From NCBI RefSeq assembly GCF_018350175.1, contig NC_058368.1:207206001-207270000 (forward strand): a stretch of DNA of 64,000 nt. Reading direction: 5' to 3'. Under the pieces are notes generated by a model. The model was not told where the DNA came from, searched no databases, and saw only the letters and a list, made by a program, of their open reading frames with translations. Shown piece after piece: positions 49,820-61,770 of this stretch (within the stretch, counting starts at the first letter, position 1; each line of letters begins with the position of its first letter). This stretch comes from Felis catus. Taxonomy: Eukaryota. The translations under genes were made by a program, and so were the position numbers.

Positions 49820-50946
49820 AATGGGCAGAAGACATAAATGGACATTTCTCCAAAGAAGACATCCAGATGGCCAGCAGACACATGAAAAGATGGTCAACAT
49901 CACTTATCATCAGGGGAATGCAAATCAATACCACAAGGAGATATCACCTCACACTTACCAGAATGGCTAAAATAAAAAACACAAGAAACAGCAACTGTTG
50001 ATGTTGATGAGGATGTAGAGAAAAGGGAAGCCCTCTTGCATTGTTGGTGAGAATGCAAACTGGTGTAGCCACTGTGGAAAATAGTATGAAGGTTCCTCAA
50101 ATATTAAAATTCGAGCTACCATAAGATCCAGTAATTCCACTACTGGGTATTTACCCAAAGAATACAAAAACACTAATTTGAAAAGATATACGCACCCCTA
50201 CGTTTACTGCAGCATTGTTTACAATAGCCAAATTAAGGCTGCAACTGACATGTCTATTGATAGATAAATGGATAAGGAAAGAATGGCATATATACAACGG
50301 AATATTAGTCATAACAACTTATGAAATTTGCAACAACATATATGGATCTAGAGGGTAATGCTAAGCCAAATAATTCAGTCAGAGAAAGACAAGTGCTATA
50401 AGATTTCACTCATATGTAGAATTTAAGAAACAAAACAAATAAACACAAAGGGGGAAACGAGAGAAAGGCCAAGAAACACTTTTAACTATAGAAAACAAAC
50501 TGGTCGTTATCAGAGGGGAGGTGGGTGGAAGGATGGGTGAAATAAATGCTAGGGATTTAAGAGTACACTAACGATGAGCACCGAGTCATGTATAGAATTG
50601 TCGAATCACTATTCGACACTACACCTGAAACTAATATAACACTGTATGTTAACTATACTGGAATATTTATAAAATGGTTTTCAAAAGAAACATTAATTAT
50701 TAGTTATTATTTGTTAAAAAAATTAGAAAAGTAATGTATCTAAATGGGCTGACACAATCACTGGCACCAGAACAAATATTCAATGTGCAGTCTTTACAGT
50801 TGTTAATATTGTTATTTATGTCATTTGTTTTGTTTTAAATCCAACATAATTTTTTTCGATCACTTGGCTTCTACCTGCTTTGCCATAACTGTGTTTTAAT
50901 CTTATTTACATAAAACAATCTTTCCTAATTTACTACAAGTATCTTT

Positions 50947-51145
50947 AAAAAAATTTTTTTAATGTTTATTTAATTTTGAGAGACAGACAGAGCTTGAGCA
51001 GTGGAAGGGCAGAGAGAGAATCCAAAGCAGGCTCCAGGCTCCAAGTTGTCAGCACAGAGCTCGATGTGGGGCTCAAACTCATAAACTGTGAGATCATGAC
51101 CTGGGCCAAAGTCAGACACTTAACCAACTGAGCCACCCAGGTGGC
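50947..51145 (-). mobile_element. CanSINE
   Basis: TSD caagta(t/c)cttt at 50936-50946 and 51146-51156. Confidence 0.95.
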
Positions 51146-52927
51146 CAAGTACCTTTTATTTTTTTTAAAAAATTGTTTTCCTTTAAGAGTTATTTTGGCA
51201 GTATTCACTCATGTTTCCAATTTGTTTTAATAATTCTGAAGGCAGGCACCCTCTTCTTCTTTCCCCTATCTTCCATTCAGTGTGATATTGCGTGAACACA
51301 GGCTATGTCATGATCGACAACAAACACATAAATGTTTAATATCAATTCCTGGAACTTTTCACTACCCAACAGATTCATAAAGGGTAAGCATCATGCTTTA
51401 TTATTTTCTTTTCCTTTCCATTCTTCCATCCACAAAATGCGAGTAAACTTTCCAACTAATAGATCATCACTTAACACATTGAACTAAGTAATTTGGAATT
51501 TTTGCCATTAACTACCCATCATCAATATAATTGTCTATTTATTTTTGTGGTCCATTGTCTTCCCCCTCCAACTAATTGATAAAGACGTTAAGGATATTGA
51601 ATTTGAAGTTAAGATATATTACTTCTGTCGCTTCAGATTTGTCACTACACTGTAAAGTTATTTTTCCTTCAAGTCAAATATCACAGAACATAAGGACGCA
51701 CACAGTAGCCTGGAATTTAATTTTCTGAGACTGTTGACACTGGGCTGTGAATGTCATCCAAATAGGACATTTTGTACTGTCCACTGGAACATAGTGAGAC
51801 TGAAATTTAAAAGGCTGAAGAATCTCACTAAACATGTTACTGTCTTAAATAATTGGTGTTATTTTTCCTAGTATGCCCTTCCCCAAAAAATGACTATAAA
51901 AGATATGGCAAGGCACATCAAGTCGCGATCACACAATGTTTCTTGATTTTGTTAAGTAAACTGAAAATAAAATCTGGTAGAAAGATTTTAACAAGATATG
52001 TAGGAAGTAGGGATCTTAGATGCTTTCCAGACTTCTGATTTGTCTGTAATTTTTATGACCTTTCCTATTTTTCACTATCAAATACACGTTTTTAATAATA
52101 ACAAGGCACAACTAATTGACTTCCATTGCAAGAACATTGGAACATTACTCATCATTTAAGAATAAAAATGAGTAACATATTCCTTTTATTAAAGTCTATA
52201 CACTTTTTAAATTTATGGGTTTAGTTCCCTTGAGGAAATGTTGTGTTTGCCAATTTAAAGAGCAGCATTGCTGTAACTTTTCCTATTTATATTTGCTTTG
52301 TCAAAAATACTGTTTTTATCATTTTCTAAATGAAAATCCAATAGGAAAACCACTTTCTAGAATATCTAATACTCGTTTTTATTAAAAAGCTATATGTGTC
52401 ATCATTTGTTTCTCTATTTGCTTGTTTCCTGCCCTTGTTATAGTTCCTGGCCTTCATTGACTTTGGACTCTAGATCATTTGATGTGCTTTGGCATATGAG
52501 CAGATGTGACATTTGCCACTGTCAGAGCTAAACAAAGCCAGACACTAGTTAAAGTGATGAAGATAGATTTTATTCAATAATAAACTCTTGCAATAGGAAA
52601 AGGGGCCCAGCATGAACTGAACTCTGCTTTGTGCAGAGGCGACTGGGTATTTTAAAAGGAGAACGTGGGAGCAGGGAGCGAGGATGGCAGAGACATTAGC
52701 AGTCAGGTAGTTTCCAGTTTTGTGGAAACACAAAATGTGGGAAGGGGAATCGGTTAATGTGACCAGGCCTCTGTGTTTGTTGATTGGTACTTAATTGGAG
52801 AGGAAACACATTTTTGCATCTTTATGACAGGAGTCAGCAGTGTTAGAAATTAAGCCCTTACCTTCCCTCAGAAGCTGGGAGCTGGAGTTATCTCCCTACA
52901 TGTTTGCATTACAAAGAGATAGCTCTA

Positions 52928-53141
52928 GGGGTGCCTGGGTGGCTCAGTCAGTTAAGTGTCTGACTTCAGCTCAGGTCATGATCTCTCAGTTTGTGAGTTC
53001 GAGCCCTGTGCTGCCAGCTCAAACCCTGGAACCTGCTTCAGATTCTGTGTCTCCCTCTCTCTCTGCCCCTCCCCTATTTATGCTCTGTCTCTCTATGTCT
53101 CTCAATAATAAATAAGTGTTTAAAAAAATAATAGAAAAAAA
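52928..53141 (+). mobile_element. CanSINE in LTR
   Basis: TSD acaaagagatagctcta at 52911-52927 and 53142-53158. Confidence 0.97.
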
Positions 53142-53245
53142 ACAAAGAGATAGCTCTAGGTCTCAGGTCCTTGAGGAGATGGCTCTGGTTGGTAGAGGAG
53201 TTAAATCTCAAAGAGACAGAGGAAGGGTTTAAAATTGCAAGCTTT

Positions 53246-53458
53246 GGGGCGCCTGGGTGGCGCAGTCGGTTAAGCGTCCGACTTCAGCCAGGTCACGATC
53301 TCGCGGTCCGGGAGTTCGAGCCCCGTATCGGGCTCTGGGCTGATGGCTCAGAGCCTGGAGCCTGTTTCCGATTCTGTGTCTCCCTCTCTCTCTCTGCCCC
53401 TCCCCCGTTCACGCTCTGTCTCTCTCTGTCCCAAAAATAAATAAATGTTGAAAAAAAA
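53246..53458 (+). mobile_element. Youngest-type feline CanSINE in LTR
   Basis: GGCGCAGTCGG/TTCAGCCAGGTCACG variant; CpGs intact; perfect TSD aaaattgcaagcttt at 53231-53245 and 53459-53473. Confidence 0.97.
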
Positions 53459-53939
53459 AAAATTGCAAGCTTTCTCAACTGACTGTTCTAAGAGGGGGTT
53501 CAGGAGCCTGCCTATCACCAGGTTTAGGCTGGAACAAACTGTAAATTCTCCTGGCAAGACTGAGCTTTCTCAGGCAAGCATTTCAGGAGGGGCTGGGGTC
53601 TTCTTAGGGGTGGGAACTTGAGCTACTAGAAACTATGCTTGTGTTTGTTCAAGTTTCCTGGGGGGGACAGGCCGGGGTGGGGGTGAGGCAGGGTGCAAAA
53701 TCATTTGTGCTGAGAAGCTGATTTTTTTTTTTTAATAGCACAAGATTGAGGTCTGGTAGAGAAAGGGCTCAAGGGATCCTGACCAGAGTTTGATCAAAGA
53801 CAGAGTTTTTGTCACCACAGTGACCAAAAAAAAAAAGCTTTAAATACCACAGAATGATTTGTATGCTCTTGCATTGTCATTCCATGACAATAATGGTTAT
53901 CCTCAAAAGTAGCTACCGAAAGATATATGGAGCTAAATC

Positions 53940-54143
53940 AAGCCCAACAAAATTCAACAGAGCTCAGAAAAGCCTACTGGTAGATCTAAACAGCACTCAA
54001 CAGAGTTCAAAAAGTTGTAAGAAGCAAAACAGAGTCCAGTGGAGGCCAAAATAGGGGCATATAATCACAGCAAGAAATAATGCTGTTTCCCATAAGCCAC
54101 CAACATTGAAGTTGTTTACTGCTGTGGCAAAGCTGACTGATAC
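53940..54143 (+). mobile_element. MaLR LTR 3' end relic
   Basis: aataatgctgtttcccataagccaccaacattgaagttgtttactgctgtggcaaagctgactgataca. Confidence 0.6.
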
Positions 54144-55220
54144 ACCATGGATCATCGTCCCAGATGTTTATTCATCTCATCCTTCCTCCTCTTTATTCAG
54201 CCATGGAAGGTAAACTACATCTATTCATTCCCAAATAGGTTCATAAAACAAAGAAGATACAACTGTAATTAGGTGAGGTCTACTTGCTTCTTAACTTTCC
54301 CAAGTAATGCATAAAATACAAAAAGAAAGGGGATGGGGTATCTCTTTCATCCGTATTATGGAGAATGTTTTCATTTACAAAAAATAAAGCTTTTGATTCC
54401 TTAAGCTTAGAAACCTGTCATCAGCAGCAGTTGTTAATCAGAACATATCCAAACTCCTTATTGTAACAGGTAAGATTCTTCATAAGCTGGCCCAAACCTA
54501 TACTTCTTTCTGTTCTAGTGGTATAGAACTACCCACCTCTCCCTGAATGTTTTTTCTTGTCTGTGAACGTTGCACATACTGTTCCCTCTGCCAAGCATAC
54601 CTGCCATTTCTCTATGTAGTGAATTCCCATTTCTCTATGAGTTCCAGGCCAAATGTACCCTCTTTTATGAAACTTTTCTCAGTGTAGGTGTTCCCCAATG
54701 TCCCAATCACTCCCTCATATTCATCAAATTCTACCTCAACTTCAAGATCTAGTATAATTTTAAGTGTTTCCAATAGCCATGTGTTTGTTCAAGTTTCCTA
54801 GTAGGGAAACACTCATCTAATAGCCTAGTTTTACACTTCTTTGACTTCCTTAGCCTCCGTGTTTTTCACACCTATTCTACGTCACCCACCCACATCAAAG
54901 ACATCAAGAGAAATCGTTTCACCTCTGAAATACTAAGTTCTATGCCTTTTTTCTGATTACAACTGCCTCCTCTAAATCTTTTTCCCAATGTGACAATTTT
55001 TCGGTCTTATCAAGTATTGACCTTTTTTTGATCATTCCACCAGCACTGTCCTACCCAGCCTCAACCTCAAGGGATAGCTCATCAGGGAAACGCTTGCTTT
55101 AACCTGCAACTGCTTTTATTCAGACACACATACCCTGTAGAACTTCAACTAGTAATGCAGTAATTTTCATCATTTTATACTAATCTAACATTCTGAGGAT
55201 TTTAAAAGAAAAACCACAAA

Positions 55221-55226
55221 CTTTTT

Positions 55227-55274
<48 letters not shown>

Positions 55275-55303
55275 TTTTTTTCTTTCTTTCTTTCTTTCTT
55301 TCT
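55221..55303. repeat. (CTTT)n tetranucleotide STR
   Basis: Direct reading; interrupted once by a T run. Confidence 0.97.
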
Positions 55304-55818
55304 AGTATACTCTTAGCTTCAGGTAATGAAAAAGCTAAATGAAAATGCTTTAAACAATAAGGGTGTTTATTCTCTCATGTAACAAGAAATCCAAAAGAAT
55401 TGGGCTTCCAATGTTGATTTATTAGATTGTTATCTTGGTGTGGTCTTTGGGCTTATGCGTCTAACGTTGAAAAATTGCTGCTGCAGTCCCATGCATCACT
55501 CATAGAACAATATTCAGACCAAGAAGATAGGAGTTTATTCCTATTCCTTTGTTTGAATAAGATGAAAGCATCTCTGAAAATCCTCTTAGTGTGTTTCCCC
55601 TAAGCTTTTGTTGGCCAGATTTGGGCCATAAGCCATGGACAGAAAGGCAGAAGAGAAAGTAAGGATTTTAGTAGGAGTTTGGATTTGTCCCCAACCATTG
55701 ACTGGCTTCCAGATAGGCAACAATCAGGGTTTCCTAGACATTAAAATGTTGCTTATAAATGCATAGTCCCCATTTCAGCTGGACTTTCAGTATTGCTTGA
55801 CAACATGCCTCCTTGTCC

Positions 55819-55975
55819 TAGTGTTTCTCAAACTTTAATGTCCACACAAATCACCTGGGAATATTTAGAAATGAAGATTTGATTCAGTAGGTAGGGTCCT
55901 GAAATATGCATCTCGATTAAGCTACTAGGAGATGCCCAAAGCCACCTGCTTGCTTGCTACACTTGGAGTCACAAG
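55819..55975. mobile_element. MER5A-like hAT MITE
   Basis: agtgtttctcaaactttaatgtccacacaaatcacctggg...gattcagtaggt...tgcatctc. Confidence 0.8.
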
Positions 55976-57869
55976 ACTCTATTCCCTTCTTCCTTTCAAA
56001 TATTTGTCATCACTCTTCATTAGCCTAACACCATCCCTATAACTCTCAGGAAATGACTTCATTCCCTATATCACAGATAAAATGGACCCCATAAGGTAGT
56101 AAACCCTTAATTTAAGAGGTCATATTGTATGAACATCAAAAGAATGGCCTTTAGCATTAAAGAGCTGAGGTTTCCAACTCCAGTTATACTATTTCCTCCC
56201 CTGTAATAATTTTCATCATCTTGAACCTTTCTGAGACCCAAATTCTTAACGTATAAAAATGAAAATATTAATGCCAAACTCTTGGGGCTTTTGATGATTG
56301 AAATCATGTGGATACATCTTATTTCAGTTTCTTGATTACAAACAAAAAAACAATTTAACTTAGAAAAAAAATTGAAAGAAAATATATTAAGTAGTGTATT
56401 GGTTAATATTAGTTTTGAGTGTAAGAGAAAAAAAGCCCAAAATAACAGATTAGCAACTCACTACCATCTCCTATTCAAGGGTTTGGAGATATCCTGTCCA
56501 GGTTGGTATGGCCCTCTGTAGTGACGGAAACTCAGGCTGGGATACATCTAGTTGTTGAGAATATACGTTTCAAGCATATGCTTGGAAATGGAGGTGGGCT
56601 CACTACGCTATTGGGCTTCCTGTGAGATGGAATGAAATTAAAACTACTGAGTCAGCCCAGATCTGACTCCCAGTCTGGACTCAATGAAACCTGAAAGGTC
56701 TGCTAATTTTCTTTTGCCCAGTTTATATTTACTCTGATAAATGAATCTAGGTATATTAGAGAACAGTAAGAAGACAATTTACCAAAAGTACCTGCCTCAA
56801 AGTTACACAACTTTTTCATTCAAGTGATGCTAGATCTGAATTTGGGGTGAGACGTGTTGACTTTATACCATGATGGCTCAAATTAGGCCTCTCAGGGCCA
56901 GACCTAGAGTCCTTTTAGTTACACAAATCAAATGTAACATAGTGAGTCGCACATAAAGTTTCATCCTGCGTTCAGATCTTTCTAATTACTAGTACACACT
57001 TTATGTCTACTTTGATAAACATAGACCATCTGCTGTCTGGAAGTTTCTAGGAGTTTAGAACTGCCATCGGTCTCTGCCAACTTGAGATTCTCTCATTTCT
57101 ACTGAAATGTGGGAACAGATTTCAGTAGCACTCACTTTGCGCATGCTTATAAACAACAGAAAACTATCAAAAAAATTGCTTTTCAAATCTGCAAATGTTC
57201 CACTGACCTATATTACTATCACACACAAATTACAGACACGCACACAAACATAACCATATAAATAAAGGAGAAGTACATATGAGGTATATGTTGTATCAAT
57301 CTACAACAAATTGGTTAATAAAATAGTCCTTTACAATAGGTTGGGAAATTCTACTAATGCATCTATGTATCTCGTAAGGGTCCATGAAATTCCGGTTATA
57401 AAACTTTGAGAAGAAAATCAAACACTAACAAATGTGATTTAAGCAAGTGTATATTTCTTTGTTTCAAGTGTAGTGTTCTCTCATCATTTGTGTATTTAAC
57501 ATTCTGTATTTCAGCTACATATAACCAACCCAGAAGTTTCTTGGCCTGCGGTATTTTGCCATTTTGCAGGGTCAACCGCTTGAATTTTGCTTTGAGGCTG
57601 GTATATCCAAGTGAGTCACTGGCTCATAACTAAGCCTTGTCTGACCCAATATCTATCACACTTATACAATTTATAGTAGAAATTTTATATTGCCCCTGTA
57701 TTAAGCAATATCTGAATTTCTCATGAGGTTCTTTCAAATGCTTTTAAAGGTCAACATTAATTAAACAATCATTATAGTCAACATTAAGTAAACATTATAA
57801 TGGAAAGAGAAAGATATCTAAATAATGTCAAATATATAACAGCAAGAATAACAAAGTACATATATACAT

Positions 57870-58825
57870 GTACACTCAAGAAAATGAGAAGACAAGTCAC
57901 AGACTAGAAAAAATATTTGCAATTAAGAAATTGCAAATTAAAATGAGATCTATTAAAGTATTATCTATTAAAGTACATCTATTAAAGTAGCAAAAATCCA
58001 AAATACCGACAACATTAAATGTTGGCAAGGACGTAAAGCAAAAGACATTCTCATTCATTGTTGGTGAGAATGCAAAATGGTACAGCCACTTTGGAAGAAA
58101 GTTTGGCAGTTTCTTACAAAACCAATCATATTTTTACCATAAAATTCAGCAATTGTACTCCTTGGTATTTACCCAAAGGAGTTGAACAGTTATATCCACA
58201 CACAAAACTTGTATATGGATATTTATGGAAGCTTTATTCACAATTACCAAAAGTTAGAAGCAACGAAGACATCTTTTAATAGGTGAATGGATTAGGTGGT
58301 ACAATTCAGTGAGAGAGTGAAATGTTTTTCAGCCCTAAAGAGAAATGAGCCATCAAGACATGAAAAACATAGAAGACCCATAGAACTACGTGGAAAAAGC
58401 CCATCTGAGGAAGCTACATATTGTCTGATATCAATTATATGATACTCTGGAAAAGGCAAAACTATGAAGACAGTAAAAAGATTCATGGTAAGGAAGTGGT
58501 GGTGGAGGGAGGGATGAATTGGCCAAGCAGAGGATTTTTTAGGGCAGTGAAACTAGTTTGTATGATACTATAATGGTAAATAGGTGTCATACATTTGCCA
58601 AAAGCTATAGAATGCACATAGAGTGAGCTCTAATGTGAACTATGGAATGTGGGTGATAATGACGTGACCATAGAGGTTCATAGATTGGAACAAATGTACC
58701 ACTGTTGTGTGGGATGTTGACAGTGGGGAAGACTGCGCCTCTATAGGGGCAGGGAGTACATAGGAACTCTCAGTGTTCTGCTTACTTTTGCTATGAACCT
58801 GAAAAATAAAGCCAATTAAAAGAAA
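57870..58825 (+). mobile_element. L1 (L1MC-like) 3' region
   Basis: ttggtgagaatgcaaaatggtacagccactttggaagaaagtttggcagtttctt...ctggaaaaggcaaaactatg...aacaaatgtaccact...ttttgctatgaacct. Confidence 0.9.
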
Positions 58826-59840
58826 AAGACACACATGCAGAATTTATTCATAATCAACTTACAAGCACTTTAATAATTTTACAGTTTAGAATAATAATTA
58901 CAAAGAAACCTTAAAATGGCATTGTATTTATTAGGATGAGGTCATGAGAATAGACATATCATCCATTGTTGTGTAAAAAGCATGCTGCTTATAACCAATT
59001 AATTGGCAAGACATTCTCTAGAAATGGGCCTGATCAATTCAACATGGAATGTTTATCCAGTAATGTGTTCCCTCGCAAAGTCATATGTTTACCAAAGATT
59101 AAAGACTCTACTACAATGCCAAAGGTTTTGTTTCAATTAAAATGTTTTAATGCTAGTAATTCCATAACTCGCTCAGAAAACAGACAATTAGGAAAAATTA
59201 TACTCATTAAGAACAAGTGTTGCCTTTACTGGAAGGAAGATAACGCAAATTTTAATGCCCTACATATATTAAAATTAACATGAAAATTCTGGTGCACATA
59301 TCTTTTAGCCCTTCTGGCTTGTTTTCTGATTGTGTCATTTGTCTTAGTTCTTCATCATTTAACAACTCATGGAGTTGAGTGTGTGTTACTTTGTTCTTTC
59401 TTTCTTATATGCCACATATGAATTCAAATAGCCTACTCTTATATAAAATAATCATCTTATTAAACATCGTGACAGAGAATAGATTAGTATATGGAAATTT
59501 GGTGACCACTCTCCTGTAGCAAACAAGTTATATTCTTCAACCTTTTCACTTCTTTTTTTCAAATTTTAAAGAAATCTTAAAAACACCTAGAATTAGATTC
59601 AATAAATTAAATCATTATTGTATTGTATCATTAGTAGCTTTAGAAGAGTTTAGTGTATGGAGAAAATATGAGGAACATAATATATAACAAAAGTATCATC
59701 TCATTCAGATATGAGATCCCTTAACCCTGATATCATTCATATTTGTATTTTTAAATAATTTGGGCAATTATTTGGAAAAATTCAATCGGATTCTTACTTT
59801 GATGCTGTTAAAAAACGAAGATGAAATAAATGCTTGCATG

Positions 59841-60294
59841 TGTGGTAGGCTGAATAACAGCCCCAAAGATTTCCAGGTGCTAATCTTTAGAACCTGTGAA
59901 TGTCACCTTATATTGCAAAAGGGAGTTTGCAGATATGATTCAGTTAAGGATCTTGAGATAGATTATACTGGAATATCCTCAATGTAATCACCTGTGTGCT
60001 TATAGGAAAAGGGATGGTAAAGGGAAATCTGGCTACAGAAGGGAAGGAGCAGTAGAAGAAAGGAGTTGGAGTGATGCGAGAAAGGGATCATAAGCAGGAT
60101 ACAGTCCAGAAGCTAGAAATTAATGGAAGTGAATTCTCCCTCAAGCCTCCAGAACGAAACAGCCCTGCCACCATTTTGAGCCCAGTGAAACTGATTTCTC
60201 ACTCTTAGCCTCCAGAACTGTTAAGAGAATAAATATGCTGTTTTAAGCCACCCAGTTTGTGGTAATTTTTTTCAGCAGCCATAGGAAACGAAAA
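59841..60294 (+). mobile_element. MaLR MLT1D-like solo LTR
   Basis: TGTGGTAGGCTGAATAACAGCCCCAAAGAT...gttaaggatcttgagat...cctccagaactgttaagagaataaat...gcagccataggaaac; TSD-like (g/t)catg. Confidence 0.9.
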
Positions 60295-60454
60295 TCATGT
60301 GTAAAAGTAAAATGACAAAATATGTATCAAATACATACGGTATGTATACTGAAGTGTTTGGGACAAGTAATTTATGTCTGTAGATTACTTTGAAATGCAT
60401 AAAAACAGACTGATATGATGAATAAAGTGATGGAAAGATGGATAGATATATATA

Positions 60455-60686
60455 TTTTTTTAATTTTTAATGTTTATGTACCTATTTATTTATTTTTTGA
60501 GAGAGAGACAAAGACAGAGTGTAAGCAGGGGAGGGGCAGAGAGAGAGGGAGACACAGAATCCAAAGCAGGCTCCAGGGTCCGAGCTGTCAGCACAGAGCC
60601 TGACGCAGGGCTCCAACTCACGGACCATGAGATCGTGACCTGAGCCAATGTTGGAAGCTCAACCAACTGAGCCACCCAGGCGCCCC
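60455..60686 (-). mobile_element. CanSINE
   Basis: Ends aactgagccacccaggcgcccc; T-rich tail at left. Confidence 0.96.
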
Positions 60687-61029
60687 AGATGTCAAACTTT
60701 AATATGGGTAAATATCACTGGTGCTTGATGAAAAAACACAAATACTTGGACTCTCACCTTTCAGTTGAAGGTGAAGCCCAAGCAGAAATCTGCATTTTTA
60801 ACAAGCCCCCAGCTGTTCTGATACCCACATTCAACAGGAAACACTTTGTAAACTGGACCGATTATACTTTAAAATATATATTGATGTTGAAAGAAAGCAC
60901 CCTATGAGGACAATTTTTATCTTTACTCTAAGTTCACACTACCATGAACATATGTATACATGGAGAGAGAGAGGGAGAAGTTGTAACAAATGAGAATATA
61001 TATAAAACTTTTAGTCCAGGGGCTGGAAT

Positions 61030-61230
61030 GTAGAGAATACTTATTATGTGCCGGTATGGTAAGGGCTTTACATACATTCTCATTTAATTTTCACAATAAT
61101 CTTAAGTGGATTGTATCATTATCTTCATTTTACAAATATTGCAGGATTAGAGAAGGCAAGTTATTTACCCAAGGGCATATAGCTAAAGAATTGATATGTC
61201 CAGAATTCAATATTCAATCTCAAGATTTCT
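61030..61230 (-). mobile_element. MIR
   Basis: tacttattatgtgccggtatggtaagggctttacatacattctcatttaattttcacaataat...cattttacaaat...ttatttacccaagggcatatagct. Confidence 0.8.
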
Positions 61231-61377
61231 AACTTCAAATCATATATACATATGATATTTAAGTTTTATTAGAAGTTATCTATATTATATATAACATATC
61301 TATGTTTGTATATGTAGTTTTTCAATGGATATGTGTGTGTGTGTGTGTGTATATATATATCCTATATATAAGCTACC

Positions 61378-61412
<35 letters not shown>

Positions 61413-61421
61413 ATGTAAGGC

Positions 61422-61770
61422 ACCATTAGTAGAACATATGTTTCAAGTTATTTTCCTAGTTTGTAAATGAATTTAGGTCACACTTCTACTGGGTTCTTTT
61501 CGTTCATGGACATATATTTACATTTATATATTTATGTATTTATATACATGTGCTATATGTATGATATATACACAGATATATAGCCTACTATAAATAATAT
61601 GTTTTATATATCTATGAATTTATATATGTATATGTTCATACATATATAAAACAAATATGCTTATGCATATATATCACACACAACATTCACCTTCAATGAA
61701 CAAAAGAAGTATGACCTAAATTCATTTGTAAACTAGGAAAATAATTCAAAACATATGTTCTACTTATGGT
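61422..61770. repeat. Long inverted repeat (66-bp arms, 59/66 identical) around a TA-rich spacer
   Basis: Arm 61422-61487 matches the reverse complement of 61705-61770. Confidence 0.95.

Larger units (their letters stand above)
46134..50426 (+). pseudogene. L1 ORF2 (endonuclease/reverse transcriptase), disrupted
   Basis: MAISTYLSIITLDVNGLNSPIK start; GAPKYIKQ...AEYTFFSSAYGTFSK (EN); [10 protein letters not shown] at ~48352; LFSDDMIL at ~48506 (RT); many stops. Confidence 0.93.
43025..50720 (+). mobile_element. Full-length, inactivated carnivore L1
   Basis: 5' UTR, ORF1, spacer, ORF2 and 3' UTR in order; TSD aatta(a/g)aa(g/a)agta at 43012-43024 and 50721-50733; splits a MIR. Confidence 0.95.
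52520..53814 (-). mobile_element. ERV1-class solo LTR (MER67-like start) carrying two SINEs
   Basis: TG...CA termini; TSD CCAC at 52516-52519 and 53815-53818; minus strand begins TGACAAAAACTCTGTCTTTGATCAAACTCTGGTC; AATAAA near its 3' end (tttatt ~52569). Confidence 0.85.

Noticed and set aside
2802..60675. Recurrent 60-100 aa ORFs such as MAQSVKRLTSAQVMIS... and GAPGWRSRLSVRLQPGHD...
   Set aside because: Translations of CanSINE copies, not a gene family
691..60686. tRNA genes suggested by A-box/B-box motifs
   Set aside because: All belong to tRNA-derived SINE heads followed by CT tracts, A-tails and TSDs; no cloverleaf gene seen
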